Assembly (NCBI GenBank): GCA_049281335.1
Contig: JBAPRX010000684.1
Coordinates: 1 to 43,235, forward strand
Source: Candidatus Promineifilaceae bacterium
Lineage (GTDB): Bacteria; Chloroflexota; Anaerolineae; Promineifilales; Promineifilaceae
Length of the DNA: 43,235 nt
Direction of reading: 5' to 3'
Part shown: piece after piece, positions 1 to 7,879 of the stretch
How the letters are laid out: every line of letters begins with the position of its first letter
Position numbering within the stretch: the first letter of the stretch is position 1
The notes under the pieces: model-generated
The model's database searches: none
Seen by the model: only the letters and a program-made list of their open reading frames with translations
Told to the model about the DNA's origin: nothing
Position numbers and translations under genes: made by a program

Positions 1-1581
1 GGTTATGTTATCGCCGTCGGCAGCGCCGTCAATACCGTAGTTGGTTGTCCAACCACCATCGAGGGCAACTTTGACTTCATAGTCGCCAGCGGGAACATCA
101 AAGGTAGCGGAGTAGGTTCCGTCGCCATTGTCTGTCAAAGCAGACGCTTCACAGGCCGGGTCCCAGTCGCCTTCGCAGAGACCGGAAGCAGCTTGCCAGG
201 AGCCAGGAACGTTGACCATGCCAGTGGCCGAACCACCGATTAGATCGCGGATTTGGGTGGCAGCGTTGTCAAGCGCATCAGCCGGGTCTTGTTCGCCGTT
301 CAGGATCAGGGTAAAGGCATCGCCCCAACTACCCCAAACAGAACCCATTTCAGGGATGGCGGGCATGTTTTCGGCCGTTGCACCAACCTCACCGAAAGAA
401 GCCAGGTCAGGATCAGTGCTAACAATATCGAGCCAGGCAGAGGGACGATTACTTCCATCGGCTAAGACTTGCATTGCTTCCGGGGTTGCCAGAACTTCGG
501 TCAAAAAGGTCTGGGCAAGGAGAACGTTGTCGCCTAAGGCGTTAACAGCAAAGCCCCAGACACCGCGGAAAGGTACACCCGCCTGAGTCTCGGAGGGGAA
601 GCTGGTGATGGCGTAAGGAACGCCGGAGGTACGAATGCGATCCAATGCCCAGGGACCAGCCATCAGGAAAGGTACTTCGCCGGTTTCAAACTGAAGGTGA
701 GCGGTGTCCCAATCAGCGCTGCTGCTGATGTAGCCAGCTTCAACGTTTTCCTGGATAAAGTTACCGGCAGCAATCATGCCTTCGCTATCAATACCAACAT
801 CATTGGGGTTGTAAGTTCCGTCATCGTTGAGGCCGAAGACGTAACCACCAAAAGCCGTTTGAAGCGGGAAGGCATCATAGGTCGTACCGGACAGGGCTAG
901 AGCGTAGGTTGCATCGCCGCTGTCAACCAGGGCGGAACCCATCTCGATTAGTTCATCCCACGTTTGTGGCGGGGTAGCAATCATGTCAGTGTTGTAGAAG
1001 AAGGCCATATTTTCAACGGTGTAGGGTAAGGCGTACAGTTGGCCGTCGAAGGTCATGGCCTGAAGAGCATCAGGAGCGAATTGATCGGCCTTGTCACCAA
1101 GATCAATTGGGGCTAACAAACCACTTTCCACAAAACCACCCAGGCGGTCATGGGGGAACATGGCGATGTCAGGGCCTTCACCGGCAGGTACAGCGATGGG
1201 GAACTGGTCATTGCGGTCTGGTACGTTTTCGACGACGAGGCCAATGCCATATTCTTCCTCGAATGGGCCAATGAGTTCACTTAGAACTGGGGTAAGCAGA
1301 TCGTCGGACCAGATGGTGATGACGGTGTCGAATTCGGAGGCCGCTGCTTCGGTTGGCTCTGCCATCACTTCTTCAGTTGGCTCTGCCATTGGTTCTTCAG
1401 TTGGCTCCATCATCTCTTCAGTTGGCTCTACCATGACCTCTTCGGTCGGTGCTTCGGTGGGTTCGGCCGCCGGTGCTTCGGTTGGGGCTGTGGTTGGTTC
1501 GGCTTCATTGCCACCACAAGCGGTTAAAATAAGTGCTCCGATTAACATCAGAGCAAGTAAGACGGAAAGTTTTTTAAACAT
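1..1581 (-). CDS. MalE-like maltose/maltodextrin ABC transporter substrate-binding lipoprotein with an extra C-terminal carbohydrate-binding-like domain; the 3' end runs off the window
   Basis: Absent from the ORF track because it has no in-window stop. ATG at 1581..1579 follows GGAGGAG. The N-terminus MFKKLSVLLALMLIGALILTACGG is a signal peptide plus lipobox. The body reads FPHDRLGGFVESGLLAPI, YALPYTVENMAFFYNTDMI, FLMAGPWALDRI and ENMPAIPEMGSVWGSWGDAF, colinear with the MalE family. My hand translation stays open down to base 1. Confidence 0.85.
   Translation of the reverse strand, partial: MFKKLSVLLALMLIGALILTACGGNEAEPTTAPTEAPAAEPTEAPTEEVMVEPTEEMMEPTEEPMAEPTEEVMAEPTEAAASEFDTVITIWSDDLLTPVLSELIGPFEEEYGIGLVVENVPDRNDQFPIAVPAGEGPDIAMFPHDRLGGFVESGLLAPIDLGDKADQFAPDALQAMTFDGQLYALPYTVENMAFFYNTDMIATPPQTWDELIEMGSALVDSGDATYALALSGTTYDAFPLQTAFGGYVFGLNDDGTYNPNDVGIDSEGMIAAGNFIQENVEAGYISSSADWDTAHLQFETGEVPFLMAGPWALDRIRTSGVPYAITSFPSETQAGVPFRGVWGFAVNALGDNVLLAQTFLTEVLATPEAMQVLADGSNRPSAWLDIVSTDPDLASFGEVGATAENMPAIPEMGSVWGSWGDAFTLILNGEQDPADALDNAATQIRDLIGGSATGMVNVPGSWQAASGLCEGDWDPACEASALTDNGDGTYSATFDVPAGDYEVKVALDGGWTTNYGIDGAADGDNIT
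1351..1506 (-). repeat. Imperfect tandem repeats encoding the Pro/Thr/Glu-rich linker after the lipobox
   Basis: The plus strand shows gttggctctgccatcacttcttca / gttggctctgccattggttcttca / gttggctccatcatctcttca / gttggctctaccatgacctcttc, then shorter ggt..gcttc units. Translated, these are EPTEE(V/M)M(A/V) repeats. Confidence 0.6.
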
Positions 1582-1704
1582 TGCTGTATTCTCCTCCACT
1601 AGAGTTTTATTAGCATATTCATTATTATTGAGGGAAGACTACCCTGGTGAATACGGTTTAACGACCATCGGTGATAGGGACATCACCTCCTTTCAATAGG
1701 ATAT

Positions 1705-2145
1705 TTATAAGTCTACATCGAGCCTTGAACGCAGGCTGCTTTTCAACTGCTGTAACCCTTCTAGCAGGTTATCTTTTTTAATATCTTCCAGGTCGCTAAA
1801 ACGCTCCTGGTTGTAGTCGCGGTGGGCAACCATAGCTTTTTTGCAAAGCATTTTGCCTTTTTCGCTTAGAAAGAGCCGTAATGTTCGGCCGTCTGTCTCG
1901 TGCGGCCGTCGAACTACCAGTTCGTCAGACTCCAACCCCTTGATAATCCGTGTGATGTTGCTTTTGTCACAGAGCATTAGATTGCTCAGTTCGCTAAACG
2001 AGATGCCGGGTTGTTCTAACAGGTGGAACAACGCATAGTATCGGGAGGGAGATAATTCATAATTGCTAAAAAAACGACGATCTCCATCATCGAGAATAAG
2101 GAAAATTTCGTTTAGGGTATTGTAAAGCATATGTGGATCGGACAT
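1705..2145 (-). CDS. MarR family transcriptional regulator
   Basis: The ORF-track protein contains a MarR winged-helix region (LMLCDKSNITRIIKGLESDELVVRRPHETDGRTLRLFLSEKG). The track start at 2205 is a TTG inside a palindrome, so I prefer the ATG at 2145 (MSDPHMLY). Confidence 0.85.
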   Translation of the reverse strand: MSDPHMLYNTLNEIFLILDDGDRRFFSNYELSPSRYYALFHLLEQPGISFSELSNLMLCDKSNITRIIKGLESDELVVRRPHETDGRTLRLFLSEKGKMLCKKAMVAHRDYNQERFSDLEDIKKDNLLEGLQQLKSSLRSRLDVDL

Positions 2146-2174
2146 AGTTAGGAACAAACTTAGTTGATAGCACA

Positions 2175-2209
2175 ATAGTTGACGTATCAACTGTTGATAC
2201 GTCAACTAT
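2175..2209. promoter_or_regulatory. Perfect 35-bp palindrome, candidate MarR operator
   Basis: ATAGTTGACGTATCAAC-T-GTTGATACGTCAACTAT (17+1+17, no mismatch) lies 30 nt upstream of the preferred MarR ATG. A related half-site, TAGTTGATA, is at 2161. Confidence 0.6.
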
Positions 2210-2292
2210 ATCATTTGCTAATTGAAGTGTCAAGTAGTTTACAGTTGAATTTTAACCGAATATTGAGATGTGACGAATGGTTTATAAGAATC

Positions 2293-2329
2293 GTAATTGG
2301 GTAATTACAAGTAGTAATTACCCAATTAC
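2293..2329 (-). repeat. 16-bp perfect-stem hairpin of the AATTGGGTAATT family, immediately 3' of pheT (possible terminator without a clean U-tract)
   Basis: gtaattgggtaattac (2293..2308), loop aagta, gtaattacccaattac (2314..2329). The pheT stop is at 2335..2337. Confidence 0.55.
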
Positions 2330-2334
2330 CTCTT

Positions 2335-4866
2335 CTACGCATCGCGGAGTTTGGCTCCTAACTGCCGTTCTAACTGTTGGACAAGGCGCTGGCGGTTTTT
2401 GCGGATTTCTTTGTCGGTCAGCGTTTTGTTGGGGGATTGGAAGGTCAGGTGATAGGCCAAACTCTTCTTACCCTCCGGGATCGATTTGCCTTCGTAGACG
2501 TCAAACAGGGCGACTTCTTTGAGCAGGTATCCCCCTGCTCTCTCAATGGTGGCCTGGACGTCAACGGCCGAAACGGACTTGTCCAAAATTAGCGCGATGT
2601 CTTCATGCACAGCCGGGAAGACCGGAATTGGTTCAATCCGGTGACGGTCGGGGATATGGTTCAAGACGAGTTCCAGATCAATCTCAGCCGCGATCACAGG
2701 CCACTCGCCGCGAATGTCGAATCCTTCAACGACGGCGGGATGAAGACGGCCGAGCCAGCCAATCTGCTCTTCGCCTAACAACAGGCGGGCGGTCTGGCCG
2801 GGTCGGAAGGTGGGGTGCTGGCCGGGTGTGACAGATAAGTCGTCCATGTGAAGGGCGTCAAAGAGGGACTCCAACACCCCTTTCATATCGTAGAAGTCTA
2901 TTTCTTCGGGGGTGTCGTCATCCTGCCAGTGGTTCTGTCCGCGGCGGCCCATCATAAGCAGGGCCAGACGGCGCAGTTCGTCTGGCAAAATGCCTTCTTC
3001 GCTGGCAAGGTAAATGAGGCCCAACTCGAAGATGGCAATACGATCACGATAGCGACTGTTGGCGGCGGCGACTTCCAGAACGGAGGCCAGGAGGCTGTGG
3101 CGCATGGCAACCCGGTCTACAGTGATGGGGTTGGTCAGGGTGACATAGGGGCGGTCGTCTGGGGAAACAATCCCATTGGGGAGGAGTTTGGCTTCACGTT
3201 CGGCCGTTGTCAGCCGGTAGGTGATGATCTCCTGCAAACCGAGTTCGGTCAGAATGTCCTTGATATGTTCCTCGCGGGTCAGGTCAAGATTGTTGCGCTG
3301 GGGCGGCAGGCTGTCGGCCATCTCCGTTGTGGGAATGCGATCATAGCCGTAGACACGGCAGACTTCTTCTACCAGGTCGTGTGTCCCTTCGATGTCCATG
3401 CGGTGATCAGGGGCCGTAACCAGCAGGTGGTCGCCCTGCTCCTCTACAGTGAACTCCAGCGATTCGAGCATGGTTTTGATTTCAGACTGGCTGGGGTGGA
3501 TGCCACCAATGCGAGCCACTTCTGCGGCCGTTAATTGGATGGCTTTGAGTTCCGGGGGATTGGGGTAGTAGTCCACAATTCCCTGGCGGACGGTTCCACC
3601 GGCATGGCGGCGCAGGAGTTCGGCCGCTCGTTTTGCACCCAACAATGCCTGGCTGGGGTGAACGCCCCGGCTGAACCGGAAACCGGCTTCGCTGGTGATT
3701 TTCAATGCGTTGGTGCTGCGGCGAATGTTGATGAAATTCCAGGCAGCCGCTTCCAGCAGAACATTGGTGGTCGTGTCGCTGATTTCGCTGTCGAGGCCAC
3801 CCATAATGCCGCCTAAACTGAGGGAACCGACCGGGTCGGTGACAAGGATGTTGAACGGCAGCAGGGTGTGTTCTTCGCCGTCCAGGGTGGTCAGGGTTTC
3901 GCCTTCGTAGGGCAGGCGGGTGTGAATATGAATGGGGCCGCCAGGATTGTATTCGTCGGCACGGCGGCGGAGGAAGTCGTAATCGAAGGTGTGGTTGGGC
4001 TGGCCCATTTCGAGCATGACGTAGTTGCTGATGTCCACTACGACGTTGATCGGCCGTTGGCCAGCCAATCGGAGGCGGCGCTGCATCCAGGCGGGGCTTG
4101 GTTTTTGCTCGACCCCTTCTATGACCATTGCCACAAAGCGGGGGTTCAGGTCGGGGCGGTCAGTGGTCAGCTTGATCTGCCCTTCGACCGGCGAGCCATC
4201 CATTTCAACAGTGTAGTCGGGTTCTCGAAGCGTCTGGCCGGTCAGGGCAGCTACTTCGCGGGCGACACCGACAATGGAGGCACAGCGAGCGATGTTGGGG
4301 ATGACTTCGATGTCCAGAACGGCGTCGCCCAGGAGGTCTTGGAGCGGCGTTCCGGCAGTGTAGTCGCCTTCCATAATCAGGATGCCTTCGTGTTCGGCGC
4401 TGATGCCCAGTTCTTTTTCGGAACAGAGCATACAGTGGTTGTAGATGCCGCGCAGACTGCGGCCTTTGAGGGTCATTTTGACCTGGCCTTCTTTGTGGCC
4501 GTCGTACAGGACAGCGCCTTCGAAGGCGAAGGGGGAGTAGAGGTTTTGGTCGGCCAGATTGTCTTGTCCCAGGTAGGGGAAGAGGTTGGGGGCGCCGGTT
4601 ACGACAACTTCTGGTTCATCACCACCATAGTCTACCATTGCCAGCACCAGACGGTCGGCATCGGGGTGAGGATTGACGTCTAAAATTCGGCCGAGAACGA
4701 GCTTTTCACGATCCCAGACAAGGCGGTTGAGATCGTTGCCGCCGGGGATGCCGATGTATTCGATGTTGGCAACCTCCAACCCGGCGATTGTGAGTCGCTC
4801 GGCCAGTTCTTCAACGGGCAGAACGACGTCAACGTATTCTTTTAACCAGCTTATGGGTACTTTCAT
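2335..4866 (-). CDS. pheT: Phenylalanine--tRNA ligase beta subunit
   Basis: 843 aa. The N-terminus MKVPISWLKEYVD with a tRNA-binding domain, followed by B3/4, B5 and an FDX-ACB-like C-terminus, is typical of PheT. GTGGAG lies 8 nt before the ATG. Confidence 0.97.
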   Translation of the reverse strand: MKVPISWLKEYVDVVLPVEELAERLTIAGLEVANIEYIGIPGGNDLNRLVWDREKLVLGRILDVNPHPDADRLVLAMVDYGGDEPEVVVTGAPNLFPYLGQDNLADQNLYSPFAFEGAVLYDGHKEGQVKMTLKGRSLRGIYNHCMLCSEKELGISAEHEGILIMEGDYTAGTPLQDLLGDAVLDIEVIPNIARCASIVGVAREVAALTGQTLREPDYTVEMDGSPVEGQIKLTTDRPDLNPRFVAMVIEGVEQKPSPAWMQRRLRLAGQRPINVVVDISNYVMLEMGQPNHTFDYDFLRRRADEYNPGGPIHIHTRLPYEGETLTTLDGEEHTLLPFNILVTDPVGSLSLGGIMGGLDSEISDTTTNVLLEAAAWNFINIRRSTNALKITSEAGFRFSRGVHPSQALLGAKRAAELLRRHAGGTVRQGIVDYYPNPPELKAIQLTAAEVARIGGIHPSQSEIKTMLESLEFTVEEQGDHLLVTAPDHRMDIEGTHDLVEEVCRVYGYDRIPTTEMADSLPPQRNNLDLTREEHIKDILTELGLQEIITYRLTTAEREAKLLPNGIVSPDDRPYVTLTNPITVDRVAMRHSLLASVLEVAAANSRYRDRIAIFELGLIYLASEEGILPDELRRLALLMMGRRGQNHWQDDDTPEEIDFYDMKGVLESLFDALHMDDLSVTPGQHPTFRPGQTARLLLGEEQIGWLGRLHPAVVEGFDIRGEWPVIAAEIDLELVLNHIPDRHRIEPIPVFPAVHEDIALILDKSVSAVDVQATIERAGGYLLKEVALFDVYEGKSIPEGKKSLAYHLTFQSPNKTLTDKEIRKNRQRLVQQLERQLGAKLRDA

Positions 4867-4885
4867 TAATTAAACTCCACTGTAA

Positions 4886-4904
4886 ATCGAATTGGTAATT
4901 CGAT
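4886..4904 (-). repeat. Short hairpin containing AATTGGTAATT between pheS and pheT
   Basis: atcgaatt-ggt-aattcgat: 8-bp stem, 3-nt loop. Confidence 0.4.
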
Positions 4905-4931
4905 ACGCGATTTAACAAATCACGCTACTAT

Positions 4932-5957
4932 TTAGAACTGTTCGAGGAAGCGCAGGTCGTTGCCCCAGAAATAGCGAATGTCTTCGATGCCATATTTGAG
5001 CATGGCGATGCGTTCCGGCCCCATGCCGAAGGCGAAGCCGGAGTATTTTTTCGGGTCATAACCACCGTTGCGAAGAACGGTGGGGTGGACCATGCCGCAG
5101 CCCAAGATTTCCAGCCAGCCGCTGTATTTGCAAACCTGACAGCCGGAACCACCGCAGAGGATACATTCGACGTCCATCTCGGCGCTGGGTTCGGTGAAGG
5201 GGAAGTAGTTGGCTCGGAAACGGACGCTGCGATCCGCACCAAACATGCGCCGGGCGAAGTCGGTCAGGGTTCCTTTAAGGTCGGCCAGGGTGATATGTTT
5301 GCCGACAGCCAGCCCTTCGACCTGATGAAATTGTATTTCGCTGCGGGCGGTTATCTGTTCGTAGCGGTAGCACATCCCAGGCAGGATGACGCGGATGGGT
5401 TCGGGATAATAGGAGTGCATGGCGTGAATCTGGCCGGGGCTGGTGTGGGTCCGGAGGATGACGCCGGGCGTGACGGTATGAAAGGTGTCCCAAAGGTCGC
5501 GGGCCGGATGGTGCTGGGGAATGTTTAATAATTCGAAGTTGTATTCGTCGGTTTCAACATCGCGGCTGCGGTAAATCTGGAAGCCCATGTCGCCCCAGAT
5601 ACGGTAGATTTCCCGCAGGGTTTGGGTGGCGGGGTGGAGACGGCCGCGATACTGTTTCCGACCTGGTAAGGTGACGTCTATTCTTTCGGCCGTCATCTGG
5701 TCTTGCAGCTCTTTGGCGCGTACCTGGGCTAGTTGCCTGTCATAAGCGGCCTGTAGTTTTTGCTTGACTTCGTTGACGCGCTTGCCAAAGAGCGGCCGTT
5801 CTTCCGGGGTCAGTTTGCCAATCTGGCGGGTCATGAGAGTCACCTGGCCCTTGGGGCCGAGGGTTTCCCGGTACCAGCCTTCGAGGGCGGCGGAAGATGC
5901 AGCCGTTTGTAGGGCGGCTTGTTGGGTGTTTAGGATGGTTTCTAGTTGGTCTAACAT
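4932..5957 (-). CDS. pheS: Phenylalanine--tRNA ligase alpha subunit
   Basis: 341 aa with class II aaRS motifs (HPARDLWDTF, GMVHPTVL, AFGMGPERIAMLKYGI). AAGGA lies before the ATG. Confidence 0.97.
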   Translation of the reverse strand: MLDQLETILNTQQAALQTAASSAALEGWYRETLGPKGQVTLMTRQIGKLTPEERPLFGKRVNEVKQKLQAAYDRQLAQVRAKELQDQMTAERIDVTLPGRKQYRGRLHPATQTLREIYRIWGDMGFQIYRSRDVETDEYNFELLNIPQHHPARDLWDTFHTVTPGVILRTHTSPGQIHAMHSYYPEPIRVILPGMCYRYEQITARSEIQFHQVEGLAVGKHITLADLKGTLTDFARRMFGADRSVRFRANYFPFTEPSAEMDVECILCGGSGCQVCKYSGWLEILGCGMVHPTVLRNGGYDPKKYSGFAFGMGPERIAMLKYGIEDIRYFWGNDLRFLEQF

Positions 5958-6100
5958 GCGTCTGTCCTTGGTGTGAATTTTTTACAAACTTTTGTTTTCA
6001 TAGATTTTGGTGCACGTGACTATCTGGAAATGCCAGAAAACAAAAGTAGTCTTTTAGTTGTAAATCTTCGGTGCAGGCGGGAAGGATACCATAGCCTACC

Positions 6101-6132
6101 AAAAACAAAAAACGCGGCCCTGGGGCCGCGTT
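6101..6132 (-). terminator. Intrinsic terminator in the pheS leader (candidate attenuator)
   Basis: Minus strand reads AACGCGGCC-CCAG-GGCCGCGTT followed by TTTTGTTTTT. It is a 9-bp GC-rich stem about 145 nt upstream of the pheS ATG and 33 nt after the leader-ORF stop. Confidence 0.75.
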
Positions 6133-6164
6133 CTGCTCAATTTATTCTGGTTGCTTGCTGCTTC

Positions 6165-6254
6165 TCAGCCGAAACAACCCTCCTTCGCAAACACGGCGTT
6201 GGTGGTGTTCATAAAGCTAAAAAAGAAGCCAAAAGCCAAGCGTTTTTCATTCAT
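6165..6254 (-). CDS. Candidate Phe-rich leader peptide of the pheST operon (29 aa)
   Basis: Hand translation: ATG AAT GAA AAA CGC TTG GCT TTT GGC TTC TTT TTT AGC TTT ATG ... TGA = MNEKRLAFGFFFSFMNTTNAVFAKEGCFG*. Five Phe fall within 7 codons. It sits between a promoter and a terminator. It is below the 60-aa cutoff of the ORF track. Confidence 0.5.
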   Translation of the reverse strand: MNEKRLAFGFFFSFMNTTNAVFAKEGCFG

Positions 6255-6263
6255 CGTGTGGGC

Positions 6264-6292
6264 ATCATATCAGTTTGACCAGTAGATGTCAA
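6264..6292 (-). promoter_or_regulatory. Sigma-70-type promoter for the pheST leader
   Basis: Minus strand reads TTGACA (6292..6287), a 17-nt spacer, then TATGAT (6269..6264). The leader ATG follows 9 nt after the -10, giving a very short or absent 5' UTR. Confidence 0.6.
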
Positions 6293-6425
6293 GACCTGAA
6301 GAGAGCGGATTGGAGGAGCAATTTTATACTACTTTTTTCCTTGTTGCTCTTCACATTAAGACAGGTGTATAATTGATACGCAATAATTTTGATAAACCTA
6401 AAATAGTATTTTGAGGAATGTTATT

Positions 6426-7787
6426 ATGGATTCTACAGCAAACAACATGACCTTTGAAGATCGCCTGAAGCAGCTTCAGGATGCTTTGGAAGCGAACAAT
6501 ATAGAAGCGGCGCTGGCGGTTCTGGCGGAGATACAGGTTCCAGATCAGGCTGAACTGGTTGACGAGTTGGACCCTGAGGCACAAGTGCTGTTACTGCCGG
6601 AATTACAACCGGCAGATTCGGCCGATATTCTGGAAGAAATGGATGAGACGCGGGCGGCCGAACTGGTCGCCTCCCTACCCCATGCAGCAGCCGTTCGGAT
6701 TTTGGATGAGATGGAACCAGATGAAGCGGCCGATCTGTTGGGTGACCTGGAACCGGATCAGGCCCGTACCTTTCTGGCCCGGTTGGAAGATGCAGCAGAG
6801 ATTCGGCCGCTTTTGCTGCACCCTGACGACAGCGCCGGTGGTCTGATGACCTCTGAATATCTGGCGCTGCGACGACGGACGACTGCGGCCGACGCCCTGG
6901 CGGCGGTACGGGATTGGCAGCCTAAGACGAACAGATTGTCTGACCTCTTTGTGATTGATCGGGACGGGCTTTTATGCGGCGTGGTGTCGCTGCTGCAACT
7001 GGTGATGGCAAAACCGGCCGATCTGGTGATGGATTTGATGGACCCGGAGCCGACCTGGGCGGCTGTTGGCAGCGACCAGGAAACGGTTGCGAGGTTGTTC
7101 ACCCGTTATGATCTGCTGGCGCTGCCGGTTGTCAATGATGCCCACAAGCTGGTGGGTGTTATTACGATTGACGACGTGATTGACGTGTTGGAAGATGAGG
7201 CGACGGAAGACATCCAACGGTTGGGCGGCGCGGAGCCATTGGAACGGCCGTATCTGGATACGCCGGTCTTCAGCATTGCCCGAAAGCGGGTCGGCTGGCT
7301 GCTGCTGCTCTTTCTGACAGAAAGTCTGACCGGAAGCGTCCTGCGCCTGTTTGAAGGCGAACTGCAAGCGGTGGTGGCGCTCTCATTCTTTATTCCGCTG
7401 CTCATCGGCACGGGCGGGAATGCCGGTTCCCAGACGACCAGCACCATTATCCGGGCGCTGGCAGTGGGAGACATCCGGCTGCGGGATGCGGTGGCCTCTT
7501 TTTGGCACGAACTGCGGATTGGGCTGCTGCTGGCGGTTATTATGGCCGGGATTGCCTATGGACGGGCGCTGTTGTGGGGAACGACTCCGGCGCTGGCGAT
7601 GGCCGTTGCTATTTCTATTCTTACGATTATACTTTGGGCAAATAGTCTTGGTGCGCTGCTGCCTTTAGGCGCTGCCGCCCTAAAACTGGACCCAACTGTC
7701 GTTTCTGGCCCGGCGATGAGCACCCTGGTAGATGCGACCGGTTTGTTTATCTATTTCACCGTTGCACGGATAATAATTGGTCTGTAA
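6426..7787 (+). CDS. mgtE: Magnesium transporter MgtE
   Basis: MgtE N-domain, tandem CBS region and a C-terminal TM domain with IGTGGNAGSQTTSTIIRAL. GAGGAA lies 7 nt upstream of the ATG at 6426. The track start at 6411 is a TTG. Confidence 0.93.
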   Translation: MDSTANNMTFEDRLKQLQDALEANNIEAALAVLAEIQVPDQAELVDELDPEAQVLLLPELQPADSADILEEMDETRAAELVASLPHAAAVRILDEMEPDEAADLLGDLEPDQARTFLARLEDAAEIRPLLLHPDDSAGGLMTSEYLALRRRTTAADALAAVRDWQPKTNRLSDLFVIDRDGLLCGVVSLLQLVMAKPADLVMDLMDPEPTWAAVGSDQETVARLFTRYDLLALPVVNDAHKLVGVITIDDVIDVLEDEATEDIQRLGGAEPLERPYLDTPVFSIARKRVGWLLLLFLTESLTGSVLRLFEGELQAVVALSFFIPLLIGTGGNAGSQTTSTIIRALAVGDIRLRDAVASFWHELRIGLLLAVIMAGIAYGRALLWGTTPALAMAVAISILTIILWANSLGALLPLGAAALKLDPTVVSGPAMSTLVDATGLFIYFTVARIIIGL

Positions 7788-7827
7788 ATAACGGCCGATC
7801 CTGGCATTCTTGAAGCGAATAAGACAA

Positions 7828-7865
7828 CAGCCGAACGACGGTCAATCGTTCGGCTGTATTATTAT
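7828..7865 (+). terminator. Probable mgtE terminator
   Basis: CAGCCGAACG-acggtcaat-CGTTCGGCTG (10-bp stem) followed by the T-rich run TATTATTAT. Confidence 0.5.
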
Positions 7866-7879
7866 AAGGATATCGTATC

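Noticed and set aside
1091-1699. 202-aa plus-strand ORF, and other plus ORFs at 128..900
   Set aside because: They overlap the MalE-like gene, which reads cleanly on the minus strand with a lipoprotein signal, a Shine-Dalgarno and family motifs. The plus ORFs are Ser/Gly/Ala-rich mirror frames.
2848-4683. Plus-strand ORFs of 228 and 271 aa (2848..3534, 3868..4683) opposite pheT
   Set aside because: The products are Gly/Val/Ala/Asp-rich mirror translations of pheT. They have no Shine-Dalgarno and no motif. pheT on the other strand is unambiguous.
5958-6263. T-box riboswitch upstream of pheS
   Set aside because: I found no T-box consensus (the conserved ...GGTGGTACCGCG... element) and no specifier-loop architecture. 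The region is better explained by the leader ORF plus terminator.
5973-6278. 101-aa plus-strand ORF in the pheS-mgtE intergenic region
   Set aside because: It has no Shine-Dalgarno and runs antisense through the promoter, leader ORF and terminator of the pheST leader. Its composition is unremarkable and there is no motif.
6293-6425. M-box (Mg2+) riboswitch upstream of mgtE
   Set aside because: The distance from the candidate -10 (6368..6373) to the ATG is only about 50 nt. That is far shorter than an M-box aptamer, and no multi-helix structure is evident.
7788-7879. c-di-AMP (ydaO-type) riboswitch upstream of the KimA-like gene, and also upstream of the LysM gene at 24287..24491
   Set aside because: The regions are too short or lack the pseudo-two-fold symmetric helices and conserved ACGR/GGGGA-type cores I would expect. 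The first region is mostly occupied by the mgtE terminator hairpin.
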